Assembly (NCBI GenBank): GCA_963666515.2
Contig: OY762897.2
Location: 2,144,001-2,208,000 of the forward strand
Source of the DNA: Candidatus Binatia bacterium
Lineage (GTDB): Bacteria; Desulfobacterota; Binatia; UBA9968; JAJDTQ01
DNA: 64,000 nucleotides
Direction of reading: 5' to 3'
The position numbers were made by a program, and so were the translations under genes. Below, piece after piece: positions 1 to 9,314 of the stretch. The first letter of the stretch is position 1, and every line of letters begins with the position of its first letter. The notes under the pieces were generated by a model. The model was given only the letters and a program-made list of their open reading frames with translations, was not told where the DNA came from and did not search any database.

Positions 1-15
1 GCGACGGAGCGACAC

Positions 16-705
16 ATGGCAGGCACCAGTTCCCTGAGAGAGAGGCTCGAAGCCGCGGTGCTGGAGCGGCACTGCGCGAACCATCCGCTGACCGAGAAGT
101 GGGCCGCGGGCAAGCTCAGCCGCAACGCCATGATGGGTTGGGCCATCGAGCAGTACCACTGGATCAGCAACATCTACCGCGGCGAGCTGTACAAGGCGGC
201 CAATACGCCGCTCGAGGTGCAGCGGCTGCTGCTGGGCAACTACCTGGAGGAGAGCGACCCGGAACGGCCGCACCTGGACATCATCCTGCGCTTTTGCACC
301 GCCAACGGCGGCGACGCCGAGGCCGCCAAGCGCGGCCGCGGACTGCCCACCACCGAAGCCTGGGCGACCTGGTTCAACCGGGTGTGCAGGGACGAGTCCT
401 TCATCTGCAGCGTGGCCGCCACCAACATCGGCACCGAGTCCCAGTCGCCCATGCTGTACAGCAAGGTGCTTCCGGCCCTGCGTGACGTCTACCACTTCGA
501 CGAAGACGCCATCGAGCACTTCTGGCTCCACGCGGACGTGGATACCGAGCATGGCGGCCGGGGCTTCGATATCCTGGAACGGTACTGCACCACACCCGAG
601 CTACAGCAGATGGCCGTCGATTACGCCCGGGAGAGCGCGAAGATGCGCTGGTTCTTCTTCGACGGCATCTACATCCACTACGAGATGGGCTACGAGTTGC
701 GGTAG
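16..705 (+). CDS. Heme-oxygenase-like diiron protein (PqqC/TenA/CADD-like iron-containing redox enzyme)
   Basis: 229 aa; EE..(x)..H, E and HxxxDxxH (HADVDTEH) ligand pattern; GGAG RBS upstream. Confidence 0.8.
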   Translation: MAGTSSLRERLEAAVLERHCANHPLTEKWAAGKLSRNAMMGWAIEQYHWISNIYRGELYKAANTPLEVQRLLLGNYLEESDPERPHLDIILRFCTANGGDAEAAKRGRGLPTTEAWATWFNRVCRDESFICSVAATNIGTESQSPMLYSKVLPALRDVYHFDEDAIEHFWLHADVDTEHGGRGFDILERYCTTPELQQMAVDYARESAKMRWFFFDGIYIHYEMGYELR

Positions 706-735
706 GCTGCAACGTAGCGGCGTGAAGGGCACGGC

Positions 736-1788
736 ATGAAGACCGAACCGCAGGATTTAACAGAGCTGGACAGCTATCTCGCGGACCGATGGCTGTCGGG
801 CCTGTGGAAGCTGGACCGCCACGAACGCACGCCCGACCCCCAGACGAAGGTGGTGCCGCACCTGTGGAAATGGAAAGACGTTTACGAGAGTCTCCAGCAG
901 GCCCGGGACCGCATCGGCATCGAGAAGGGGCGCACCGAGCGCCGCACCATCCGTCTGGTCAACCCCGGGATGCGGCACATCGAGATGACCAGCCACACCA
1001 TGCTACTGGCCTGCCAGATGATCCAGCCCGGCGAGGTGGCCCCGGCCCACCGCCACACCATGGCCGCCATCCGTTTCATCGTCCAGGGCGAAGGCGCCTA
1101 CACGGTGGTCAACGGCGAGAAGCTCGACATGGCGGAGGGGGACCTGATCCTCACGCCGCAGTGGACGTGGCACGACCACGGACACGAGGGCGCCGAGCCG
1201 ATGGTCTGGCTCGACGGCCTCGACGTTCCGCTGATCCAGTCGCTGCAGGTGATCTCCTACGAGCCCTATTCCGAGGAGAAGCAGGCGACCCGGGCGAGCG
1301 AGCAGGAAGCGTCGCATTTCGGCATGACCCGCCCGGTGCGATCTGACGACCAAGGCGCGCCTGCGCCGCTCCACTACCGCTGGGAAGACACCTACCGCTC
1401 GCTACAGGCGCTGGCCGAGACGCCCGGCGACCCCTACGACGGCGTCGCCCTCGAATACGTGAATCCCCTCACCGGCGGCAGGACGCTACCGACCCTGTCC
1501 TGCTGGGCTCAGATGCTGCGCCCAGGCGAGCGCACCCGCGCTCACCGTCACAACAGCACCAGCATCTACCACGCGCTCCGCGGCAGCGGCGCCACGGTCA
1601 TCAACGGCCAGACGCTGGAGTGGAACAAGGGAGACACGTTCATCGTGCCGCTGTGGAGCTGGCACGAGCACGCCAATCGCTCGGACGGCGAGGAGGCGGT
1701 CCTGTTTTCCATGCACGATATTCCCGTGCTGGAGGCCTTCGGGCTGCACCGCCAGGAGAGCATGGACGAATCCGGCATGGGAATGTAG
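736..1788 (+). CDS. Gentisate 1,2-dioxygenase-like bicupin dioxygenase
   Basis: ERRTIRLVNPG, AHRHT...WTWHDH and second cupin AHRH...WSWHEH motifs. Confidence 0.85.
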   Translation: MKTEPQDLTELDSYLADRWLSGLWKLDRHERTPDPQTKVVPHLWKWKDVYESLQQARDRIGIEKGRTERRTIRLVNPGMRHIEMTSHTMLLACQMIQPGEVAPAHRHTMAAIRFIVQGEGAYTVVNGEKLDMAEGDLILTPQWTWHDHGHEGAEPMVWLDGLDVPLIQSLQVISYEPYSEEKQATRASEQEASHFGMTRPVRSDDQGAPAPLHYRWEDTYRSLQALAETPGDPYDGVALEYVNPLTGGRTLPTLSCWAQMLRPGERTRAHRHNSTSIYHALRGSGATVINGQTLEWNKGDTFIVPLWSWHEHANRSDGEEAVLFSMHDIPVLEAFGLHRQESMDESGMGM

Positions 1789-1789
1789 C

Positions 1790-1803
1790 CACTGTTAACA
1801 GTG
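1790..1803. promoter_or_regulatory. Perfect 14-bp palindrome, putative transcription-factor operator upstream of tctC
   Basis: CACTGTTAACAGTG in the intergenic gap. Confidence 0.45.
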
Positions 1804-1854
1804 CGTCGATGACCAAAATAACCAAAGCGTGCCAACGAAGGAGGAACCACGACG

Positions 1855-2904
1855 ATGGACAGATACCGTGCAACGATACTGACTTCGATTCTTGCAGCGC
1901 TCGTCCTGTGCGCTGCCCCGGCGCCCGCGGCGGACTACTATGAGGGCAAGACCATCAGCGTCCTGGTCTCTTCGAGCCCCGGCGGCGGCACCGACGCCAC
2001 CGCGCGGCTGGTCTCGCGTTTCCTGCCGAAGTTCATACCCGGCAACCCCAAGACCATCGTGCAGAACATGCCCGGCGGCGGCGGCACCGTGGTCAACAAC
2101 TACTACACGCGCCGGGCCAAGCCGGACGGGCTGACCCTGCTGCAGGATTCCTCGTCCGCGCTGAGCACCTACGTGCGCGGCGGCAAGCGGGTCCGGTACA
2201 ATCCCAGGACGTATTCGTACATCGGCTCCATCATGCGCGGCGGCAGCATCCTCATGGTGCGGAAGGACGCGCGCAAACGCCTCACCGACTCCAAGGCCAA
2301 GCCCGTGGTGGTGGGCGATTCGGACGGCATCCGCACCTGGGTGGCCATGACCGTCTGGGGAGCCAAGTACCTGGGTTGGAACAACCGCTGGATCTTCGGC
2401 TACGCCGGCACCGGCGAGATGGTCCTGGCGCTCAGGCAGGGCGAGATCGAGATGTGGGGCACCGGCAACGCCAAGCTCATCCGGGATCTGCAACGGGACG
2501 GCGTGGTGGACCCGCTGGTGCTGCTGACGGACCAGCGCCGCAAGGACTTCCCCGACATCCCGACCTTCGAGGAAGTGCTCGGCGACAAGAAACCCGGCGG
2601 CATCTCCTGGCAGGCCTACAAGGTATGGGCCGGCCCTTCGGACGTGGACAAGTTTCTCCACGCCCCCAAAGGAACCCCCGCGAACGTCATGGACATCCTA
2701 CACGGGGCCTGGGCCAAGATGGTGCAGGATCCGAAGTTCCAGACCGAGGCCACCAAGTTCTTCGGCGAGGCCTGGAGGACCCGTGACGGTGCAGCCACGG
2801 CCAAGCTCGTGATGGAAGTGACCAACGCTTCACAGGAGGTGAAGGACTTCCTCTTCAACATCCGCAAGGAGCACGGCCTGCCCACGGGCAAGAAGAAGAA
2901 ATAA
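1855..2904 (+). CDS. tctC: Tripartite tricarboxylate transporter substrate-binding protein (Bug/TctC family)
   Basis: Signal peptide; SPGGGTD...VQNMPGGGG...KPDGLTL; AGGAGG RBS. Confidence 0.85.
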   Translation: MDRYRATILTSILAALVLCAAPAPAADYYEGKTISVLVSSSPGGGTDATARLVSRFLPKFIPGNPKTIVQNMPGGGGTVVNNYYTRRAKPDGLTLLQDSSSALSTYVRGGKRVRYNPRTYSYIGSIMRGGSILMVRKDARKRLTDSKAKPVVVGDSDGIRTWVAMTVWGAKYLGWNNRWIFGYAGTGEMVLALRQGEIEMWGTGNAKLIRDLQRDGVVDPLVLLTDQRRKDFPDIPTFEEVLGDKKPGGISWQAYKVWAGPSDVDKFLHAPKGTPANVMDILHGAWAKMVQDPKFQTEATKFFGEAWRTRDGAATAKLVMEVTNASQEVKDFLFNIRKEHGLPTGKKKK

Positions 2905-2945
2905 CGTCGCGCTGAGCCGCACTATCCGGCAGTCTTCGTCAGCCC

Positions 2946-4454
2946 ATGCTCGAAGCCGCGTTTGACGGCCTGCTCGGCGTCCTGACCCTGCACTCCCTGG
3001 GCATGATGGCCCTGGGAGTGCTGATCGGGAGCATGGTGGGGTTCCTGCCGGGAATCGGCGGCCCCACCACCCTGGCCATCATGCTCCCCTTCGTGATGAC
3101 CATGCAGGATCCCTATCCGGTCATCGCGCTGCTGGTGGGCCTGGACGCCGTGGGCAACACCGCCAGCGCCTTCCCTTCCATCCTCATCTCCATACCCGGG
3201 AGCTCGGGCTCCCAGGCAACCATTCTGGACGGCTATCCCCTGGCCAAGCAGGGCCAGGCGGCGCGGGCGCTGAGCGCCTCCTTCGCGGCCTCGCTGCTGG
3301 GCGGGTTCGTGGGCGCCCTGGTGCTGGTGGCCTCCCTGCCGATCCTGCGCCCGCTGGTGCTGACCTTCGGCTCGCCGGAGTTCTTCGTCCTGACCCTGTG
3401 GGGCCTCACCATGGTCGCGGTGCTGAGCGGCAACGCCCCGGTCAAGGGCATCATCGCCGGCATCATCGGCGTGCTGGTGGCCACCATCGGCATGGACGTG
3501 AAGTCGGGAATCCCCCGGTTCGACTTCGACTACGACTACCTGTGGGACGGCATCAGCCTCATCATCGTCGCCCTGGGCCTGTTCGGCATCCCGGAGATCA
3601 TCGACCTGGCGAGCCGCAAGACCAGCATCGCGGAGCACGAGGAGCTGGGCAGCGGCTTCCTCCAGGGCATCAAGGACGTGTTCCGCCACTGGTGGCTGAT
3701 GGTGCGGTCTTCCGCCATCGGCGCGTGGGTCGGTTTCCTGCCGGGACTCGGCAGCTCCGTTGCCGACTGGTTCGCCTATGCCCACGCGGTGCAGACCGAG
3801 AGGAACACCGAGGGCTTCGGCAAGGGCGACATCCGCGGGGTGATCGCGCCCGAGGCGTCCAACAACGCCAAGGAAGGGGGCGGATACATACCGACCCTGG
3901 CCTTCGGCATCCCGGGCAGCACGTCCACGGCGTTGATCCTCACCGCCTTCGTGGCCGTGGGCATCAAGCCCGGCCCTGACATGCTGACATCGCAGCTCGA
4001 CCTCACCTTCGCGGTGATCTGGACCTTGGTCATCGGCAACGTCATCGCGGTGGTGATGTGCGGCGCCCTCGCCAAGCCCATGGCGCGGGCGTGCTTCATG
4101 CCCTTCCACAGCATCGTGCCGCTGGTGGCGGTGTTCGTCTTCATCGGCGCCTTCGCCGCCAACTTCAGCGTCAACGACCTGCGCGCGCTGCTGGTGTTCT
4201 CGCTGCTGGGCTTCATGATGCGGCGGCACGGCTGGCCGCGGCCGCCGCTGCTCCTGGGGGTGGTGCTGGGCACCAAGATGGAGACCTACCTGTGGCTTTC
4301 CTACACCCGCTACGGTTTCGAGTGGCTGTTGCGGCCGGCCGTCATCATCCTGCTCGTTCTGGTGGCGGCGTCGCTGTGCTACCCCATGCTCAAGGGGCGG
4401 CGCGAGCGGCGGCAAGCCGCCGTTGCCGCGGGTGAGACATCGGGGGAGACATGA
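2946..4454 (+). CDS. tctA: Tripartite tricarboxylate transporter large permease TctA
   Basis: GFLPGIGG, ATILDGYPLAKQG, GVIAPEASNNA, LAFGIPGS; polytopic membrane protein. Confidence 0.9.
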   Translation: MLEAAFDGLLGVLTLHSLGMMALGVLIGSMVGFLPGIGGPTTLAIMLPFVMTMQDPYPVIALLVGLDAVGNTASAFPSILISIPGSSGSQATILDGYPLAKQGQAARALSASFAASLLGGFVGALVLVASLPILRPLVLTFGSPEFFVLTLWGLTMVAVLSGNAPVKGIIAGIIGVLVATIGMDVKSGIPRFDFDYDYLWDGISLIIVALGLFGIPEIIDLASRKTSIAEHEELGSGFLQGIKDVFRHWWLMVRSSAIGAWVGFLPGLGSSVADWFAYAHAVQTERNTEGFGKGDIRGVIAPEASNNAKEGGGYIPTLAFGIPGSTSTALILTAFVAVGIKPGPDMLTSQLDLTFAVIWTLVIGNVIAVVMCGALAKPMARACFMPFHSIVPLVAVFVFIGAFAANFSVNDLRALLVFSLLGFMMRRHGWPRPPLLLGVVLGTKMETYLWLSYTRYGFEWLLRPAVIILLVLVAASLCYPMLKGRRERRQAAVAAGETSGET

Positions 4455-4945
4455 ACGGCGACAGACGGCTTCACTACGAGGGCATCCTCTTCACCCTGGC
4501 CGTCGGGCTGGTGCTGCTCTGGGCTCTCCGCGTGGCCCACGGCTGGGACGAGTTGCGCGCATCCATCATCATCTTCGTCCTGGGGGGCATCGGCGTGTGC
4601 CTGGCCGCGCTCCAGGTCGTGATGGACTTGCGCCCGAGGCGTGGCGGAGAGCAGGCAGGAGGCATCCACATGGACGCCCCGGTCCTTCAGTCCTCCGGCC
4701 GCTGGGGCAATGTCGAAATATGGGCCTGGATCCTGGGCTTCTACGCCGCCATCCGGATCATCGGGTTCCCCGCGACGGTCCCGTTGTTCGTCTTCGGCTA
4801 CGCCAAGTTCTACGGCGCGAGCTGGCTGCTCTCCTGCCTCCTGGCCGCCCTGGCCTGGGGGTTCGTCTACGGCGTCTTCGAGCACGTCCTCCACGTGCCC
4901 TGGCCGGAGCCGTGGCTGGCCGGGCTGTTCCTCAGCCCTGCCTGA
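4451..4945 (+). CDS. tctB: Tripartite tricarboxylate transporter small permease TctB
   Basis: 4-5 TM helices; ATGA overlap with tctA; C-terminal VF..VLHVPWP. Confidence 0.8.
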   Translation: MNGDRRLHYEGILFTLAVGLVLLWALRVAHGWDELRASIIIFVLGGIGVCLAALQVVMDLRPRRGGEQAGGIHMDAPVLQSSGRWGNVEIWAWILGFYAAIRIIGFPATVPLFVFGYAKFYGASWLLSCLLAALAWGFVYGVFEHVLHVPWPEPWLAGLFLSPA

Positions 4946-5735
4946 GGTTGATCACCGAACTCACCCCGCGGCCGGCGTCGGTGTGGATCACCTCGCCGGT
5001 CATGATGCGCGACTGGGACGAAGCCAGCAGCACGTAGGCGGCGGCGTGGTCCTCCGGGACCACGGCGACATCGAGGAGATTGTTGGGGAGCCCCGCCGGC
5101 GGCCGGGGCGCGCCGAAGACGTCGTCGCCTCCGGCCCCCGGGGCCAGAGACGGCGCCGCGCGCAGGCCGGTGGCGGTGCCGGACGGCGCCACTCCGTTCA
5201 CCCGGACCGTGGGCGCCAGTTCGTTGGCCAACTGGCGCACCAGCCCCAGCGCGGCGTGCTTGGAGGCGACGTAGAGGGTACCTCCGCTCACGTAGTAGGA
5301 GGACGTGGAAAGCGTGAAGACCATGTTGCCGCGGGTCTTCATCAGCTCGGGGATGGCGGCCTTGGCGCCCATGAAATAGCCCTTGACGTTGACCCCGAGG
5401 ACCTCTTCGTAGCCCTGCTCCAGTTCCTCGTCCGAAAGCTCCGCCAAGGGCCGTCTGGCGTCGTGGATGCCGGCGTTGCCCACGAACACGGTGAGCTTGC
5501 CGAACTCCGACACAGCCGCGGCCACCGCCCGCCGGTTGTCCGCCAGGCTCCGCACGTCGCCGGAAACGACGGCCACGTTGTCACCTATCTCGTCCTTCAA
5601 CGCGGCCAGCCGTTCTCCCGACATGTCGAAGGCTACCACCTTGGCGCCCTCCTCCACGAAACGCGCCACCACCGCCTTGCCGATTCCGGAACCGGACCCG
5701 GTCACGACCGCCACCTCGTTTTCGAGCCATTGCAT
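4932..5735 (-). CDS. SDR dehydrogenase, cis-dihydrodiol dehydrogenase (BphB/HcaB)-like
   Basis: TGSGSGIG, GDVRSL, NAGI, NVKGY, YVASK, ELAPTVRVNGV; start reset to ATG 5735 after AAGGAGGT. Confidence 0.8.
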   Translation of the reverse strand: MQWLENEVAVVTGSGSGIGKAVVARFVEEGAKVVAFDMSGERLAALKDEIGDNVAVVSGDVRSLADNRRAVAAAVSEFGKLTVFVGNAGIHDARRPLAELSDEELEQGYEEVLGVNVKGYFMGAKAAIPELMKTRGNMVFTLSTSSYYVSGGTLYVASKHAALGLVRQLANELAPTVRVNGVAPSGTATGLRAAPSLAPGAGGDDVFGAPRPPAGLPNNLLDVAVVPEDHAAAYVLLASSQSRIMTGEVIHTDAGRGVSSVINLRQG

Positions 5736-5802
5736 GGACGTCACCTCCTTGATCGTGGCTGTAACATACCAATCACCGGCCCGGTTCGGAACCCGGCGAA
5801 CC

Positions 5803-5832
5803 TTGACACTTCCACGGGCGCGGGGATAGAGT
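5803..5832 (+). promoter_or_regulatory. Putative sigma70 promoter for the NicX-like/TauD operon
   Basis: TTGACA-N18-TAGAGT. Confidence 0.45.
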
Positions 5833-5866
5833 CGCCTCTGTAGCCGGTGCGTCCGGCGGTGTTCCC

Positions 5867-6904
5867 ATGACGGTACGATTTCCCACAACCGGGGCTATCG
5901 CGGGCGATCTCTACGGCATGGTGCTGCGCGAACTGACGCTGTGCAGGGCCACGTCCGACGAGACCGTCGTGGTGTTCACCGACACCCGCACCAACACCAA
6001 CTACGCCGCCGCGTTCCTGGCCGCGGCCAAGGAGGTGGCCGCCAGCGCGTTCGAGATCAAGATTCCCCTTCTGCCCGGCACCGAGGGCAACGACACCAAC
6101 GTGGCGCCGGTGGTGGAGATCCTGAAGACCGCGCACTTGGTGGTGGACCTCACCACCGGCGGCGTCCTCTACCTCTACAGCAAGACGCTCGCCGACGTGC
6201 TGTCGGGTGGCACCCGGGTGCTCCAGGTGCGCGGCACCGAGGACCAACTCCGGCGGTGCTTCCCCGACGAGGCAGTGCGGCAACGGACCCTGAACGGCGC
6301 AAGGAAACTGGAAGAAGCCGGGGAGATCCGCGTCACCACCGAGACCGGCACCGACCTCACCATGCGCAAGGACGGCCGGCGCGGGGTCACCCAGTACGGC
6401 ATCAGCGACGTGCCCGGACGCTGGGACAGTTGGCCCTCGGGCTTCCTCTACTGCGCGCCGCTGGAGGACAGCGCCAACGGCACGCTGATGCTGGATCCCG
6501 GCGACCTGCTGGTGATGCTGGGCCGCTACGTCCAACAGCCCGTGCGCATCGAGGTGAAGGACGGCTGTATTACCGCGGTCGAGGGGGGCGTGGACGCCAT
6601 CCTGCTGAGAGAGCACCTGGAGCAGTCGGGAGACTCCCAGGCGTTCATCATCTCCCACATCGGCTGGGGCACGGACCCGCGGGCGCGCTGGGTGGAGGTG
6701 GCGCAGCGCGGCACCGAGGAAGGCGCCCGGGACGCCCGCTCCACCTACGGCAACGTGCAGATCGCCTTCGGCGCCAACTACGCCCTAGGCGGGAAGAACA
6801 CCACGCTGGCCCACGAGGACCTGATCCTGCGCCGGGCCGCGTTCCATCTCGACGGGGAGATGATCGTGGATGACGGCCGGATCATCCCCGAAGAGCTGAC
6901 GTGA
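5867..6904 (+). CDS. 2,5-dihydroxypyridine 5,6-dioxygenase (NicX)-like / M29-fold metalloenzyme
   Basis: GTDL, PGRWD.WPSG, SHIGWG and HxD (HED) metal motifs. Confidence 0.65.
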   Translation: MTVRFPTTGAIAGDLYGMVLRELTLCRATSDETVVVFTDTRTNTNYAAAFLAAAKEVAASAFEIKIPLLPGTEGNDTNVAPVVEILKTAHLVVDLTTGGVLYLYSKTLADVLSGGTRVLQVRGTEDQLRRCFPDEAVRQRTLNGARKLEEAGEIRVTTETGTDLTMRKDGRRGVTQYGISDVPGRWDSWPSGFLYCAPLEDSANGTLMLDPGDLLVMLGRYVQQPVRIEVKDGCITAVEGGVDAILLREHLEQSGDSQAFIISHIGWGTDPRARWVEVAQRGTEEGARDARSTYGNVQIAFGANYALGGKNTTLAHEDLILRRAAFHLDGEMIVDDGRIIPEELT

Positions 6905-7019
6905 CGGGCCGTACGCGTGTCGACGCCGGAGTCCTGCCCTGCACGAGGGCTCATGAGACAGCGCGAGAGCCGTTGCCGCCGACAAGGCGTATGAGAAACA
7001 ACCTCGGGAGGTGGATGCC

Positions 7020-7874
7020 ATGAACCTGACCGTCAAACCCGTTTCCCCCGCCATCGGCGCCGAGATAGAGGGCCTGGACCTGCGTGAGCCGCTGGCCGAT
7101 GCGGCCCGCGAAGCGGTCCTGGACGCGTTCCACGAGCATGTCCTCCTGCTGTTCCGGGACCAGCACCTGACGGAGCTGCAGCAGACGGCCTTCGCCATGA
7201 CGTTCGGGGAACTGGGCAAGCGCACGGTGGGCGCCCGATTCGTCAAGTCCCCGAAGGACACCTACGCCAACCCGGTGATGATGGTCACCAACCGTAGCGA
7301 CGACGGACCCACGGGCAACACGGCCTCCTTCGGCGACGGCGAGATGTGGTTCCACCACGATACCTGTTTCTACCCGGTGCCCAACATCGTCACCATGCTC
7401 TACGGAATCGAGGTCACCAGCGAGGGAGGCCTGACGCGGGTCTCGAACATGTATCGGGCCTATGACAACATTCCCCGGGAACTTCGCGACCGGCTGGAGG
7501 GACGCACCGTCCTGCAGGTGTACGACTACAACCGTTACCGCATCGACCCCAACGTGGATATGACCGGCGCCCGCAGCCATGTGCAGCCCATCTTCATCAC
7601 CCACCCGGTCACGGGCAGGAAGGCGCTCTACGTGAACCGCACCATGACCGCGCACATCGAAGGCATGGACCGGGCCGAGAGCGACGCCATCCTCGACGAG
7701 CTGTTCGACATCGCCGAGGACGACCGCATCGTCTACGACCACGAGTGGCGGGTGGGCGACCTGCTCATGTGGGACAACCGCTGCTCCACTCACGCGCGCA
7801 CCGACTTCCCCGCGGAGGAGGCGCGAATCCTGCGGCGGTGCACCGTGGCCGGCAAGGAGCCGGTTCACGCATAG
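7020..7874 (+). CDS. TauD/TfdA Fe(II)/2-oxoglutarate dioxygenase
   Basis: GAEI.GLDL, HxD (HHD), HPVTGRKALYVN, WDNR..H.R. Confidence 0.9.
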   Translation: MNLTVKPVSPAIGAEIEGLDLREPLADAAREAVLDAFHEHVLLLFRDQHLTELQQTAFAMTFGELGKRTVGARFVKSPKDTYANPVMMVTNRSDDGPTGNTASFGDGEMWFHHDTCFYPVPNIVTMLYGIEVTSEGGLTRVSNMYRAYDNIPRELRDRLEGRTVLQVYDYNRYRIDPNVDMTGARSHVQPIFITHPVTGRKALYVNRTMTAHIEGMDRAESDAILDELFDIAEDDRIVYDHEWRVGDLLMWDNRCSTHARTDFPAEEARILRRCTVAGKEPVHA

Positions 7875-7904
7875 AACAGAACCTCGGCCAGACAGGAGAA
7901 GACC

Positions 7905-8762
7905 ATGAGCCTGACCACGAGACCGCTTTCACCGGCCCTGGGCGTGGAAATTCTCGGACTGGACGTGAGCGAGCCGCTGGACGTCAAGGTCCGGGACGAA
8001 ATCCTGTCCGAGTTCTACAAGAATATCGCGCTGCTCTTTCGCGGCCAGAACATGACGGTGGAGCAGCAGAACCGCTTCACCACCACGTTCGGGGAGATCG
8101 GCAAGCGCACGGTGGGGCCGCGGCTCCGAAAATCCGCGGACGACATCTACACGACGCCGGTGATGGTGGTGAGCAACATCAAGGAGGACGGCAAGCCGCT
8201 GGAAGGGGCCTCGGCCAACGGCGACAGGGAGATGGGCTTCCACCAGGACACCGCGTTCCACGAGATACCCGACCACGTCACCATCCTCTACGGCATCGAG
8301 GTGTCGGCCCACGGCGGCCACACCATGGTGACCAACCAGCACGCGGCCTATGACCATGTCCCCGCGGACCTCAAGGCGAAGCTGGAGGGCTGCAAGGTGC
8401 TGCAGGTCTATGATTACCAGCGGCACACGGTGGACGCCGACATCGACCTGAGCGGCGCCCGCTACTACGTGCAGCCCATCTTCATCACGCACCCGGTGAC
8501 GGGCCGCAAGGCGTTGTACGTGAACCGCATGATGTCCGTGCGCATCGAGGGCATGGAGCGGGCCGAGAGCGACGCCATCCTCAGCGACCTGTTCGACATC
8601 ACCGAGGATCCGCGCTTCCGGTACGAGCACACCTGGGAGGTGGGGGACCTGCTGATGTGGGACAACTTCTGCTCGATCCACGCCCGCACGTTCTACCCGG
8701 ACGAGGAGCGGCGGCTCTTGCGGCGCACCACCGTGGCTGGCAAGGACCGGCTGCACGCCTGA
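7905..8762 (+). CDS. TauD/TfdA dioxygenase, tandem paralog
   Basis: HQD, HPVTGRKALYVN, WDN...H.R; clearly similar to the upstream gene. Confidence 0.9.
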   Translation: MSLTTRPLSPALGVEILGLDVSEPLDVKVRDEILSEFYKNIALLFRGQNMTVEQQNRFTTTFGEIGKRTVGPRLRKSADDIYTTPVMVVSNIKEDGKPLEGASANGDREMGFHQDTAFHEIPDHVTILYGIEVSAHGGHTMVTNQHAAYDHVPADLKAKLEGCKVLQVYDYQRHTVDADIDLSGARYYVQPIFITHPVTGRKALYVNRMMSVRIEGMERAESDAILSDLFDITEDPRFRYEHTWEVGDLLMWDNFCSIHARTFYPDEERRLLRRTTVAGKDRLHA

Positions 8763-8771
8763 GCCGGCCGG

Positions 8772-9170
8772 TCAGGTCAGTCCCGTCTTGACCTCGATCT
8801 GGTTGCCGTCCGGGTCGAGGATGTACTGCGAATCGCTACGCCCGGTGGCGCCGGTGCGCGGCACCACACCGCCTTCGAGCCTCACACTCATGTTCTCGAT
8901 GCGTTCCAGGATTTCCCGGAACTCGGGGCCGGTGAACGTCAGGCAGAAATGGTCCACGCCGCCGTGCTCCTCCGGGCTGCGTGCCCGGAACGACGGCTCG
9001 TAGAGCAGGAAGATGATGCTCCCGCCCACCTGCATGGCGGCCGCCTCCACGTTGCTTCTGCCGAGCATGCGGCGGTCCACCATCTCGAAGCCGAAGAGAT
9101 CGCTGTAGAACCTGATGGAGCGGTCGAGGTCGGTGACCTTGACCCCTACGTGGTCGAGTAGCGGCATCAC
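8772..9170 (-). CDS. VOC/glyoxalase family protein
   Basis: DHVGVKV.DLDRS..FY, DHFCL, DPDGNQIE. Confidence 0.85.
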   Translation of the reverse strand: MMPLLDHVGVKVTDLDRSIRFYSDLFGFEMVDRRMLGRSNVEAAAMQVGGSIIFLLYEPSFRARSPEEHGGVDHFCLTFTGPEFREILERIENMSVRLEGGVVPRTGATGRSDSQYILDPDGNQIEVKTGLT

Positions 9171-9314
9171 GCACCTCCTTGAGGGATAGGCCCTCTATAC
9201 CCCGAATGATATGCGAAGGGTATGGGAAGGCCGACGGCTTCATGCGCGCCGTGGGATCATGTAGACTATGCGGGAATCCTGAATCGTCCGTTCCATCCCG
9301 TGAGCAAAACCGGA

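Noticed and set aside
16-705. pqqC / PQQ biosynthesis
   Set aside because: No other pqq genes; the ligand pattern fits diiron HO-like proteins
2922-4415. 497-aa antisense ORF over tctA (and similar ORFs at 12609-14387, 16591-18312, 27052-28533, 33724-35235, 35877-37565)
   Set aside because: Antisense mirrors caused by GC3 codon bias
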